Notes under the pieces: model-generated | Databases searched by the model: none | What the model was told of the DNA's origin: nothing | What the model saw: only the letters and a program-made list of their open reading frames with translations | Program-made: the position numbers and the translations under genes | NCBI GenBank assembly: GCA_963662265.2 | Contig: CAXXHA010000010.1 | Span: 192,001-256,000 of the forward strand | Source: Spirochaetia bacterium | GTDB lineage: Bacteria > Spirochaetota > Spirochaetia > CADAEX01 | Direction of reading: 5' to 3' | Length of the DNA: 64,000 nt | Shown: positions 48,896 to 57,801 of the stretch, one piece after another | Layout: each line of letters opens with the position of its first letter | Position numbering within the stretch: the first letter of the stretch is position 1

Positions 48896-49594
48896 ATGAA
48901 TAAAGTTCAGAAATCAACCTCTTTTCAGGCTTTTAAAGCTACAATACCTGTTTTATTCGGATACGTACCTATAGGAATGGCATATGGTTTTCTTCTTGTA
49001 AAAACAGGCCTTCAGTGGTACTGGGCCCCGCTTATGTGTATCTTTGTATTTGCAGGAGCTGCGCAGTTTCTGTTTCTGACAATGTTTACACAGCAGAAAA
49101 CTGTTCCGGAAATGGCGCTTGCTGTATTTCTCATGAATTCCCGCCACATGGTATACGGCTTCTCCCTGATAGAAAGATTTTCAATATTCAAATGGGCAAA
49201 ACCTTACCTTATATACGGACTCACCGATGAGACATATGCACTGCTGACAACTGTGGAACCTCCTGAAGGCAGCAGCAAAGAAAAATTCGATTTCTTGATA
49301 ACTCTTTTCAACCAGTCTTACTGGACACTTGGAAGCACTATAGGGGCTTTATTGGGATCTGTAATTATGTGGGATGCACCGGGACTTGATTTTGCACTGA
49401 CAGCCCTCTTTGTCGTCCTGCTTGTCGAACAGGTAAAATCACTTAAAAGACCGGGGCCGTTTCTTGCGGCAGCAGCAGGAGTACTTTTCTTTACCCTGAT
49501 AGGGCTTACAGATCAGGCGCTTACAGGCGGTATAGTTATCGGGTCTGCATCATGTTTTTTCATGGCAAAAAAGGGAGCTACAGTAAATGAATAA
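48896..49594 (+). CDS. azlC: AzlC family branched-chain amino acid exporter
   Basis: FAGAAQF, NSRH, LTDETYA, GLDFALTALF. Confidence 0.92.
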   Translation: MNKVQKSTSFQAFKATIPVLFGYVPIGMAYGFLLVKTGLQWYWAPLMCIFVFAGAAQFLFLTMFTQQKTVPEMALAVFLMNSRHMVYGFSLIERFSIFKWAKPYLIYGLTDETYALLTTVEPPEGSSKEKFDFLITLFNQSYWTLGSTIGALLGSVIMWDAPGLDFALTALFVVLLVEQVKSLKRPGPFLAAAAGVLFFTLIGLTDQALTGGIVIGSASCFFMAKKGATVNE

Positions 49595-49904
49595 GGTATT
49601 AATCGCAGCAATAACAATGGGTATTGTAACTCTTTTTACAAGAGCATTTCCTTTTCTCCTTTTTTCCGGAAGAAAAGCTCCTGAAAAATTCCTGAGAGGG
49701 GCAAGACTTATACCAGGAGCAGTAATGGCAGTTCTTGTGCTGACAAGCCTCCCCTTGAGTCTTGAAATTACAGAAAACTCAGTTATATTTCCGTGGATAG
49801 GAGCTGCAGTTGTTGTTGCCGTACATCTTAAATTCAGGAATGCTCTCTTAAGCATCTTCGGGGGGACTGCCGTCTACATGTCGCTGCTTCATTTTTTCGG
49901 GTAA
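49587..49904 (+). CDS. azlD: AzlD family small subunit
   Basis: TRAFPF, PGAVMAVLV, RNALLSIFGGT. Confidence 0.9.
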   Translation: MNKVLIAAITMGIVTLFTRAFPFLLFSGRKAPEKFLRGARLIPGAVMAVLVLTSLPLSLEITENSVIFPWIGAAVVVAVHLKFRNALLSIFGGTAVYMSLLHFFG

Positions 49905-49920
49905 ACAACAGGCTGACAGA

Positions 49921-50670
49921 CTATTTATATTTATCTATTATTTTCTGAAACTCTCCGTTCTTCTTCATTACATCCAATTCAAAATTGAAAAAAGGGACAA
50001 ATTCCGCCCACTTTCTGTTGAAAGCAATACACAGATCGGCGCTGTCGACAGCTTTACTGGATCTTATGAATTTATTTTTAAATAAATTACTGTGTGTTTC
50101 AACCAGATTATTATAAATCAATTCATTTACAATAACAGCATCCACTCTTTTTCTCAGAAGTTTAAGAAGGCTCTGATACTCTCTCAGTGCATCATCCCGG
50201 ATAATTTTTCCTGATTCAAAAAAAGAATTTATAAACTTGTATCTGTAGCCAAGCCTGGTTCCTATCCTTCTTCCGAAAAGATCTTCAGTTTTTCTGAAAA
50301 CAACAGCATCCTCTCTCAATGAATACAGATAATCATGACTGGTATCAATTACTTCTGTCCATATATAGTTTTCATGCTTTTCAAGATAAGTTCTTGATGT
50401 TGCATAGGCATCAATTGAACCGCCAGATAAAGCTTTTTCAGCCCTTTTGCGCGGTAAAATCCTGTAAATTACCTTTATACCCTGTTTTTCCGCAATCTGT
50501 TCAAGCAGTTCAACCATAATGCCGGAAGCCTTGCCATCTTTATCAGCATAGGCATGAGGAGCTATTTCTGAGGGGGGATCCAGCTGCATGATGATTACAG
50601 TTTCAGCATAAGCAAAAGAGATAATCGAAATAAACAATAAAAAAAGTATTATTCTTTTTCTGTAATTCAT
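49921..50670 (-). CDS. Orphan substrate-binding protein (family 3 PBP)
   Basis: Signal peptide, GIMVELL, PRKRA, IGTRLGYRY, MKKNGEFQKIIDKY. Confidence 0.85.
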   Translation of the reverse strand: MNYRKRIILFLLFISIISFAYAETVIIMQLDPPSEIAPHAYADKDGKASGIMVELLEQIAEKQGIKVIYRILPRKRAEKALSGGSIDAYATSRTYLEKHENYIWTEVIDTSHDYLYSLREDAVVFRKTEDLFGRRIGTRLGYRYKFINSFFESGKIIRDDALREYQSLLKLLRKRVDAVIVNELIYNNLVETHSNLFKNKFIRSSKAVDSADLCIAFNRKWAEFVPFFNFELDVMKKNGEFQKIIDKYK

Positions 50671-50726
50671 GAATTAATCAGCCTGTAAACAGTATACTCC
50701 GAAAACATGCAATTCATAAAGAAATA

Positions 50727-50918
50727 TCAGCTGTTTTTTACTTTACCTGACAGCTTGAACGCGGGACAGTTTTTACCTGTATTTCTTAAGACAACAACAG
50801 AAGGGAGTTCCCTGCTTTTAATGTTGAAAACAGAGCATGAGCGGGGAAATCGCTTATCCCAGGTCACTTTAAAGTAAATACATTTCAGACAGTCTGGGGG
50901 GGTGTTTATTTCTGCCAT
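50727..50918 (-). CDS. Small 4-Cys hypothetical protein
   Basis: CLKCIYFKVTWD..FPRSC..F..KS..LPS..V....G..C..F. Confidence 0.7.
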   Translation of the reverse strand: MAEINTPPDCLKCIYFKVTWDKRFPRSCSVFNIKSRELPSVVVLRNTGKNCPAFKLSGKVKNS

Positions 50919-50997
50919 GTATTCATGATACCAGATATTTTTTAACGTAATCAATCCTTGATTATATTTTAATGATAATTCAGAATAGCATCACTGT

Positions 50998-52263
50998 ATG
51001 GAAGAAAAAGAATTAACTGCTGTACTGGTCGGGATAGACTATAACAGGGAAAGCGAAACTGTAAAACGGCATCTCGATGAGCTTGAAGCTCTTGCAGCGA
51101 CCATAGGCATCAATACTGTGGAAAAAATAATTGCACCTCTTAAATCGCCGACTCCGAGGTTTCTCGTAGGAACAGGAAAGGCAGAAGAGATTAAATTCGC
51201 AGCTGAAAATTTTGAAGCTGATTATATTATTTTCGATGATGAACTTAGCCCCAGCCAGCAGAGAAACTGGGAAAAGTTTACAGAAAGACAAACTGCAGAC
51301 AGGCAGGAGATAATAATAAACATCTTCTCAGACAGGGCAGTCACAAAAGAGGCCTCTCTCCAGGTTGAACTTGCCAGGCTTTCCTATTCACTGCCCCGCC
51401 TCACAGGCGCATGGACACACTTTTCAAAGCAGAAAGGTGGAGTTTCAGGGACAAGGGGAGAAGGGGAAAAACAGCTTGAGCTTGACAGGCGCATGATTCT
51501 CCACAGGATCAGCAGGCTTAAAAGAGATCTCAAGGCTGTTGAAAAACAGAGAAGTACTCAGAGGAAACTGAGAAGCAGCAGGAAAACAGCATCCTGCGCT
51601 ATCGCCGGTTACACAAATGCAGGAAAATCCACCCTTCTGAACAGGCTTACTCTTTCTGATGTGGATGCGAACGACAGGGTTTTCGATACCCTTGATCCCG
51701 CAACACGCAAGATGAAACTTCCCGGTGGAAAGGAAATACTCCTTACCGATACTGTCGGCTTCATAAGAAAACTCCCGCACCAGCTTGTCGAAGCATTTAA
51801 ATCGACCCTTGAAGAGACAGTTCTTTCCGATTTAATAATTCTTCTTCTCGACGGTTCTGATCCTGAAGTACTGAGCCATTACAGGACTTCAATGGAAGTC
51901 CTTGATGAAATAGGCGCGTCTGAAAAACCGGTGCTGAAGGTTGTAAACAAGACTGATTCGGAATCCGATCCATTCCTCAGGAACATGCTTGAAAATGAAC
52001 TTGGGGAGGCTGTCTTTATCTCGGCAAGGAGCGGAGAAAATATTGATATGTTTCTGAGGAAAGTCGAAGAAATTCTGAAGAGCGGGGAAAAAATACTTAC
52101 ATTCAGAATTCCTCTCAGCAAATACAATATTATTGCAAAGATAAAATCATCGGGAACTGTATATAATGAGGAATATCTTGATGATGCTGTAATAATTGAA
52201 GCGTCCGTACCGGAAAGTCTTGCAGGAAAACTCAGTCAGTATTCTATTGAAAATGTCCTGTAA
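50998..52263 (+). CDS. hflX: GTPase HflX
   Basis: GYTNAGKS, TLD, DTVGFI, AFKSTLEE, NKTD, SA. Confidence 0.97.
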   Translation: MEEKELTAVLVGIDYNRESETVKRHLDELEALAATIGINTVEKIIAPLKSPTPRFLVGTGKAEEIKFAAENFEADYIIFDDELSPSQQRNWEKFTERQTADRQEIIINIFSDRAVTKEASLQVELARLSYSLPRLTGAWTHFSKQKGGVSGTRGEGEKQLELDRRMILHRISRLKRDLKAVEKQRSTQRKLRSSRKTASCAIAGYTNAGKSTLLNRLTLSDVDANDRVFDTLDPATRKMKLPGGKEILLTDTVGFIRKLPHQLVEAFKSTLEETVLSDLIILLLDGSDPEVLSHYRTSMEVLDEIGASEKPVLKVVNKTDSESDPFLRNMLENELGEAVFISARSGENIDMFLRKVEEILKSGEKILTFRIPLSKYNIIAKIKSSGTVYNEEYLDDAVIIEASVPESLAGKLSQYSIENVL

Positions 52264-52532
52264 TATCCCTGGTAGGGTCTTTCATGCTTCCTGATTTCCA
52301 GGATTCTTGCACTTGGAGGACCGCCCTGCTCCAGCCAGAGGAGGAAATTGTCGATGTTTTCTATCTCACCCTCACATTCAAGCTGAACAGTTCCGTCAGA
52401 TTTATTCCTGACCCATCCGAAAACATTGTATCTTGCGGCTGCCCGTACTGTATAGTAACGGAATCCTACACCCTGAACTGTTCCGAAAACTGTTACAGAG
52501 TATCTTTTTTTAGATTTATTTTTTTGCTCCAT
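52236..52532 (-). CDS. acyP: Acylphosphatase
   Basis: GTVQGVGFRY, GWVRN. Confidence 0.95.
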   Translation of the reverse strand: MEQKNKSKKRYSVTVFGTVQGVGFRYYTVRAAARYNVFGWVRNKSDGTVQLECEGEIENIDNFLLWLEQGGPPSARILEIRKHERPYQGYYRTFSIEY

Positions 52533-53121
52533 TTCTTTTCTTTCCGGAATTGCTGTCAATATGATCAAACAGCACATTGAAATCCACTGGATGTTTCATG
52601 GTTATATCACTGTGACTGCTGTGTTCAACATCTGTAGTATCAGTAATTGTAATAATAAAGGGAACAGATATTTTCTCTTTCTCAAAAAAACTTTTAAGTT
52701 TTTCAGGATCTGTATCACGGAATGATGTTTTCAGAATTATTGTTTCAGGAGACAGCTTTGCGCACTGATATCCTGTTTCCATGTTATTGAGGGAAATTCT
52801 GATTTCATATTCTTTTTTTTCAAGGGAGACTTTTTCTTTCAGCAGATTTCCGAACAGGGGATCCGAATCAATAACAAGTATCCTGCATCCGGAATTTTTT
52901 ACCGCTTTATAGGGAACAAGTTCCTCGGGAAGGATCATTCCCCGGTTTTCGATGAATTCAATGAGATTCTCGGCATATACACGGTACTGTCCCCCGGGAG
53001 TTGTAAAAGCCTTAAGATAACCGTTTTTAATCCAGTTAATAGCTGTCTGATTAACAACACCGCAGAGGTTTGCAACCTCGAGAGCAGAAAAGATTTTAAG
53101 TTTTTTCCCCTTTTTTCCCAT
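52516..53121 (-). CDS. Excisionase/MerR-type HTH protein with degenerate receiver domain
   Basis: FSALEVANLCGVVNQTAINWI, TPGGQYRV; ILVIDSD...MKHP. Confidence 0.8.
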   Translation of the reverse strand: MGKKGKKLKIFSALEVANLCGVVNQTAINWIKNGYLKAFTTPGGQYRVYAENLIEFIENRGMILPEELVPYKAVKNSGCRILVIDSDPLFGNLLKEKVSLEKKEYEIRISLNNMETGYQCAKLSPETIILKTSFRDTDPEKLKSFFEKEKISVPFIITITDTTDVEHSSHSDITMKHPVDFNVLFDHIDSNSGKKRNGAKK

Positions 53122-53204
53122 AAAAGACCTTTCTGATTATTCAACAGTTAAATTATTCTAGCATATTATCAGAAACATCTGTGTTACTTTTTTACCCTGA
53201 ATAT

Positions 53205-53230
53205 AAAAAACCTGCCTGAAGACAGGCAGG
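53205..53230 (-). terminator. Intrinsic terminator after glgC
   Basis: cctgcctg aaga caggcagg stem with a minus-strand T6 tract. Confidence 0.8.
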
Positions 53231-53252
53231 AATAGCTGCTAAATTAAATTAC

Positions 53253-54518
53253 TTATATTTCTGTCCCGTCACGGAGAACAGCAGCTTTATTTATAATTAT
53301 TATTCCGTCCCGGATCGAATGATTTTCATAATTACCGTCCGGACGGTCTTTACGGTCAATACCTATCCTACAGCCTCTTCCTATCCGGGCATTCTTGTCA
53401 ACAAGAGCATTTCTGATTATCGTGCCGGATGAAATACCTATATTCGGTATCCCTCTTTCATTGTTTTCCCATTTTTCCCTTTCTGTTTCATAATGGTCAG
53501 CGCCCATGCAGTAGACATTTTCAAGGCTTGCCCCGGAATCAATTATTGTACGTATTCCTATCAGCGAATTGCTGATAAAGGCATTTGTAATGATAGAGCC
53601 CTGCCCGGTGAGAGAATTCTGGAATGTACAGGAATTAACCTTGGAAGGGGGAAGATAATTTTTACTGGCATAGATTGGATACATTTCATCATACATGTTG
53701 AACTGCGGTTTATTTGAGGCAAGCATAAGGTTTGCTTCATAGAAATTCCTTATTGTTCCTATATCTTCCCAGTAGCCGTCATATACAAATCCCTTGACCT
53801 TGTAAGTTCCTATGGCAGTAGGGATGATTTCCTTTCCGAAGTCCTCAGACCCTGAAGAGAGCGCCTTTTCCAGAATATCGGCATTGAAAATATATATCCC
53901 CATAGAGGCAAGATAATCCTTATCACCGCCGCGGGTTTTATTGGGAAGCTTCATATCAGAGATATCCCTGTCAGGACCTGGTTTTTCAAGGAAACTGCTG
54001 ATAAACCCTTTTTCATCAACACTCAGTATTCCCAGCTGGGAAGCATCATTTCTTGTAACAGTAGTGGCGGCAATGCTGATCTCGGCCCCTGATTCCTTGT
54101 GTTCTTTCAGAAACTGCTTAAGATCCATTCTGTAAAGCTGATCGCCCGAAAGTATCATGTAATAATCAGGATTCTGGCTCCTGAATGACGGGAAGTTTTT
54201 CCTAATAGCATCTGCAGTCCCTGTATACCAGCCGGTTTCGCTGCCGTAAGACTGCTTTGCTGCAATGATTTTTACATATCCTTTCGAGAACGAATCAAAC
54301 CAGTATGCAGATGCAATATGGTTGTTGAGTGAATCAGAATTAAACTGGGTAAGTATACTGATATTTCTGATCCCGGCATGAATACTGTTTGAAAGAGGGA
54401 TATCAATCAGCCTGTAGCTGCAGCCGAACGGAACTGCAGGTTTAGCACGTTCCTTAGTTAAAGGGTAAAGTCTCTCCCCTTTTCCGCCTCCTAAAATAAC
54501 ACAAGAAACATTATCCAT
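53253..54518 (-). CDS. glgC: Glucose-1-phosphate adenylyltransferase
   Basis: GGGKGERLYPLT.RAKPAVP, GTADA, ASMGIY, DFGKEIIP, YWEDIGT. Confidence 0.97.
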   Translation of the reverse strand: MDNVSCVILGGGKGERLYPLTKERAKPAVPFGCSYRLIDIPLSNSIHAGIRNISILTQFNSDSLNNHIASAYWFDSFSKGYVKIIAAKQSYGSETGWYTGTADAIRKNFPSFRSQNPDYYMILSGDQLYRMDLKQFLKEHKESGAEISIAATTVTRNDASQLGILSVDEKGFISSFLEKPGPDRDISDMKLPNKTRGGDKDYLASMGIYIFNADILEKALSSGSEDFGKEIIPTAIGTYKVKGFVYDGYWEDIGTIRNFYEANLMLASNKPQFNMYDEMYPIYASKNYLPPSKVNSCTFQNSLTGQGSIITNAFISNSLIGIRTIIDSGASLENVYCMGADHYETEREKWENNERGIPNIGISSGTIIRNALVDKNARIGRGCRIGIDRKDRPDGNYENHSIRDGIIIINKAAVLRDGTEI

Positions 54519-54552
54519 TTACTCGCCCCTTAAAAATTATTTTAATACAAAT

Positions 54553-56022
54553 TCATCTGTTTTTCGAAATATTTGCATAAAGTTCCAGATACCTGTCTGC
54601 CGACTTTTTCCAGGAATAGTCCTTCAGCATCCCTTTTTTCCGCATCCTGGTTATATCCTTTCTTCTGTCATACCATGTTGATACAGCCCAGCCCAGAACG
54701 TTGTAGAGCACATGGGGGTTCAGATCATTGAACACAAAGCCTGTACCCTCCCCTGTCTCCTGGTTGTAGTTTTCAACTGTATCTGCAAGGCCTCCTGTAT
54801 GTCTCACAATCGGAATAGCTCCGTATTTAAGAGAATAAAGCTGATTAAGGCCACACGGTTCATACCTGCTGGGCATGAGAAAAAAGTCGCTTCCCCCCTC
54901 GATAAGGTGTGCAAGCTTTTCATTGTAGCCAATCCACACCTTCAGGTTGGGAAAAACAGAGGACAGATGGGAAAGCTCTTTCTCACACCAGTTTTCACCG
55001 GAACCGAGTATTGCAAACTGAACATTCATATCGTTAAGTATTGAATAAAGGCTTCCCTCTTTAGGGGCAGCAAGTTCACGTATCCCCTTCTGCGCTACAA
55101 GCCGTGTTACCATCCCGACAACCGGGACCGTGCTGTCAACAGGAAGCCCCAACTCCTGCTGCAGTCTTTTCTTGACCCTTGCCTTTGCAGCTGTTTTCTG
55201 CGGGGAATAATTATCAGGGGCAAGATAGATATCAGTTTCAGGATTCCAGTGATTATAATCAGCCCCGTTGAGAATTCCGTGAAGATCTTCCTGTCTGTAG
55301 CGGAGAATGCCGTCAAGACCGTATCCGTAGTAATCTGTTTTGATCTCCTCCGAATATGTCGGGGAAACAGTTGTTATCTGGTTAGCGCTAATGATGCCTG
55401 CTTTGAGAAAATTCAATGCTCCACTGAATTCCAGTGTCGAGACAGAATAAAGATCCCTTTCATGCTGGATATAGGAAACATCATCAAGGGAGAAAACCCC
55501 CTGGTATCCGAGGTTGTGGATTGTAAGGACAGAAGATGATGATGAAAATTCCCTGAACCTTTCCTCCCTCTTCAGAAAGTAGGGGACGAGAGAAGAGGCC
55601 CAGTCATGGCAGTGGAAAATATCAGGAATCCAGTTGATTGCCCTGCATACCTGAAAAACAGCCCTGTTAAAAATAGCAAACCGCTTTGCATTATCTTCAA
55701 AACCCTCCTGCCCGGCATGGCTGTATATCCCGTCTCTTCCGAAAGCCTCTTCATGGTCTACAAAATATACAGGTATATCTGTTCCCGGCAGTACAGTTTC
55801 ATAAAGACCTGCCCATTCCTCACCATACGGGACTGGTATGCCCAGAGGATAGGGATGTTTTTCAAGCCCGGCACGGTCTATGCTGTAATACCTGGGAATT
55901 ATTATCCTTATATCTGTATGATCCTTTTTCAGCTCGGCAGAAAGAGCTGTAACCATATCTGCAAGTCCTCCGGTCTTTGCATAAGGCAGAAGTTCAGTAG
56001 TTACCATGAGAATTTTTATCAT
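54553..56022 (-). CDS. glgA: Glycogen synthase
   Basis: KTGGLAD, HCHDW, HNLGYQG, PSRYEPCGLNQ. Confidence 0.97.
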   Translation of the reverse strand: MIKILMVTTELLPYAKTGGLADMVTALSAELKKDHTDIRIIIPRYYSIDRAGLEKHPYPLGIPVPYGEEWAGLYETVLPGTDIPVYFVDHEEAFGRDGIYSHAGQEGFEDNAKRFAIFNRAVFQVCRAINWIPDIFHCHDWASSLVPYFLKREERFREFSSSSSVLTIHNLGYQGVFSLDDVSYIQHERDLYSVSTLEFSGALNFLKAGIISANQITTVSPTYSEEIKTDYYGYGLDGILRYRQEDLHGILNGADYNHWNPETDIYLAPDNYSPQKTAAKARVKKRLQQELGLPVDSTVPVVGMVTRLVAQKGIRELAAPKEGSLYSILNDMNVQFAILGSGENWCEKELSHLSSVFPNLKVWIGYNEKLAHLIEGGSDFFLMPSRYEPCGLNQLYSLKYGAIPIVRHTGGLADTVENYNQETGEGTGFVFNDLNPHVLYNVLGWAVSTWYDRRKDITRMRKKGMLKDYSWKKSADRYLELYANISKNR

Positions 56023-57701
56023 TAATTCATTCCTTTTATTTTAAAAATCATTATACCGCAGGGCTCCAGTGTGAAGCCGAAAATCATATCAGAAACAGAG
56101 ATCTCCCTCCCTGAAATAATATCTTCAAGAACAAACATCCTGATCGGAAGGTTGAAATCCCGCTGATGGAGTTCAATTGATGCATTGTTGTGAATATCGA
56201 AATTGGCAAGAAGAAGCCAGGCATCTTCTCCCCTTATGTCGCTTCTGAGAGCGGCAAGAACTGAGGGGTGATTATTGTCGACAAACCTGAGATTCCCTAT
56301 ATCATGAAAAACATGCTCCTTCTCGAGCAGCTTGTTGACAGCAAATATTTCCCTGGTATAGTCATTTTCCCCTGAATCGTCCAGAACATTGTTTCTTCCT
56401 ATGAATTTTATCTTATCCTTTATTCCTGTCTCTGAGCCCTGGACTATTCCGGTCTGTCCGGTTCCGCAGAGTGCATATGACATGTACCTGGGAACAGTAG
56501 AACATGGACTTCCGTATTCCATTGAAGGAGTTCCTGTATCATGGGTTGTAAGGGGTAGCAGGTACTTGAGTCCCCCCTCGTTGTGTATGCTTTTTATATA
56601 TTTTCTCAGGTCAGGAAGAAGTCTGTATTCCCAGGGGTTACCCAGTACAAGGTTAAGCTGCCAGTGGGGAACATTTTTCAGAAAATTCTCGGTTGAGGTG
56701 AAATACTCCCCCAGGAGAATCAGGTCGGGATAATCATTTTTAAGCTTGCCGGAAAGGAAGACCATGAACAGGGAGTTGGAGCTGTGAAGATTATCAAACC
56801 GCAATCCCCCGCCTGTGTAATCTGCATAGTTTGCCCAGAAATCAACATAATGGTACATGTAGTTCCAGATTTCATAATTCACTTTCGGATCAGGATGGTC
56901 ATAGTCTATAAGAACAAGGTCATCCCACCTTATCCAGGAGTTATGATGATAGCATCCGGCCCTCTTGAAACCATCCTTCTCGCCGCTGTCCTTCTTTATC
57001 CATTCCCTGCATTCAACAGCCGGGATACTCTCGGGATTGATGTGGTTTATCACTATATCCAGATAGAGCCTTATGCCCAGTTTTTTCGCCTTTTCGACAA
57101 ACTCTTCAAACTGATCAAGGCCGCTCTCCTCCCGGGAGGGATCAAGGTATGAGGGATCAATATCAAAGAGGTCAAATGCGGAATAGGGGCTCTCTGATTT
57201 TCCCATTTTTGTGACAGGAAGCAGATGAACCGCATTAAAGCCGAGCTTCTTGATATCAGTAAGCTTTTTCTTCCAATCTGTAATACTTCCTGAAGAATTG
57301 GGGATAAGGGTATAGATCCTGAGGTTTTTCATACCCGGGGGATCCACCAGGATTTTCCTATCAGGGATGCTGTTCCACAGCCATTTTTTCCCTCCGTCAT
57401 ATGAATACCTGATTTTCAGCTCATAAATTCCGCATTTTGAGAAAATAATATCCATGTAAAAACGGTCACCGCTGTTTTCCATCCTGTAATAGGACCACCG
57501 TGTCTTCCGGTCCATGTCGGGAAAATCAGCATATATTTCCGCAACAGTATCAGAATTGGCTCTGCTGATTTCAATTTCTATATGAAGATTCCTGTCACGG
57601 TATGTCCTGATTATAGTTTCATTCCTGTAGGGATAAAGAAACATTATATCATCTGCTTCCCCTTTCTCTGTTCTGAGTACTGGTACAGATCTTCTTTCCA
57701 T
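56022..57701 (-). CDS. GH13 enzyme resembling the glucanotransferase half of eukaryotic glycogen debranching enzyme
   Basis: GFNAVHLLP, SPYS, DIVINH, WDDLV, GLRFDNLHS, GEYFT, THD. Confidence 0.75.
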   Translation of the reverse strand: MERRSVPVLRTEKGEADDIMFLYPYRNETIIRTYRDRNLHIEIEISRANSDTVAEIYADFPDMDRKTRWSYYRMENSGDRFYMDIIFSKCGIYELKIRYSYDGGKKWLWNSIPDRKILVDPPGMKNLRIYTLIPNSSGSITDWKKKLTDIKKLGFNAVHLLPVTKMGKSESPYSAFDLFDIDPSYLDPSREESGLDQFEEFVEKAKKLGIRLYLDIVINHINPESIPAVECREWIKKDSGEKDGFKRAGCYHHNSWIRWDDLVLIDYDHPDPKVNYEIWNYMYHYVDFWANYADYTGGGLRFDNLHSSNSLFMVFLSGKLKNDYPDLILLGEYFTSTENFLKNVPHWQLNLVLGNPWEYRLLPDLRKYIKSIHNEGGLKYLLPLTTHDTGTPSMEYGSPCSTVPRYMSYALCGTGQTGIVQGSETGIKDKIKFIGRNNVLDDSGENDYTREIFAVNKLLEKEHVFHDIGNLRFVDNNHPSVLAALRSDIRGEDAWLLLANFDIHNNASIELHQRDFNLPIRMFVLEDIISGREISVSDMIFGFTLEPCGIMIFKIKGMN

Positions 57702-57801
57702 AGTTCAACCCCGTAATTTCCGGAGGATTACCCCTCCTGAAGTAATTAATCAAATCCCCTGTTATGCAGCCTTATTGATTTGTCAGCAGAAAAATTTCCT
57801 G

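Noticed and set aside
52236-52263. 28-bp convergent overlap of hflX and acyP
   Set aside because: Short tail-to-tail overlaps are common.
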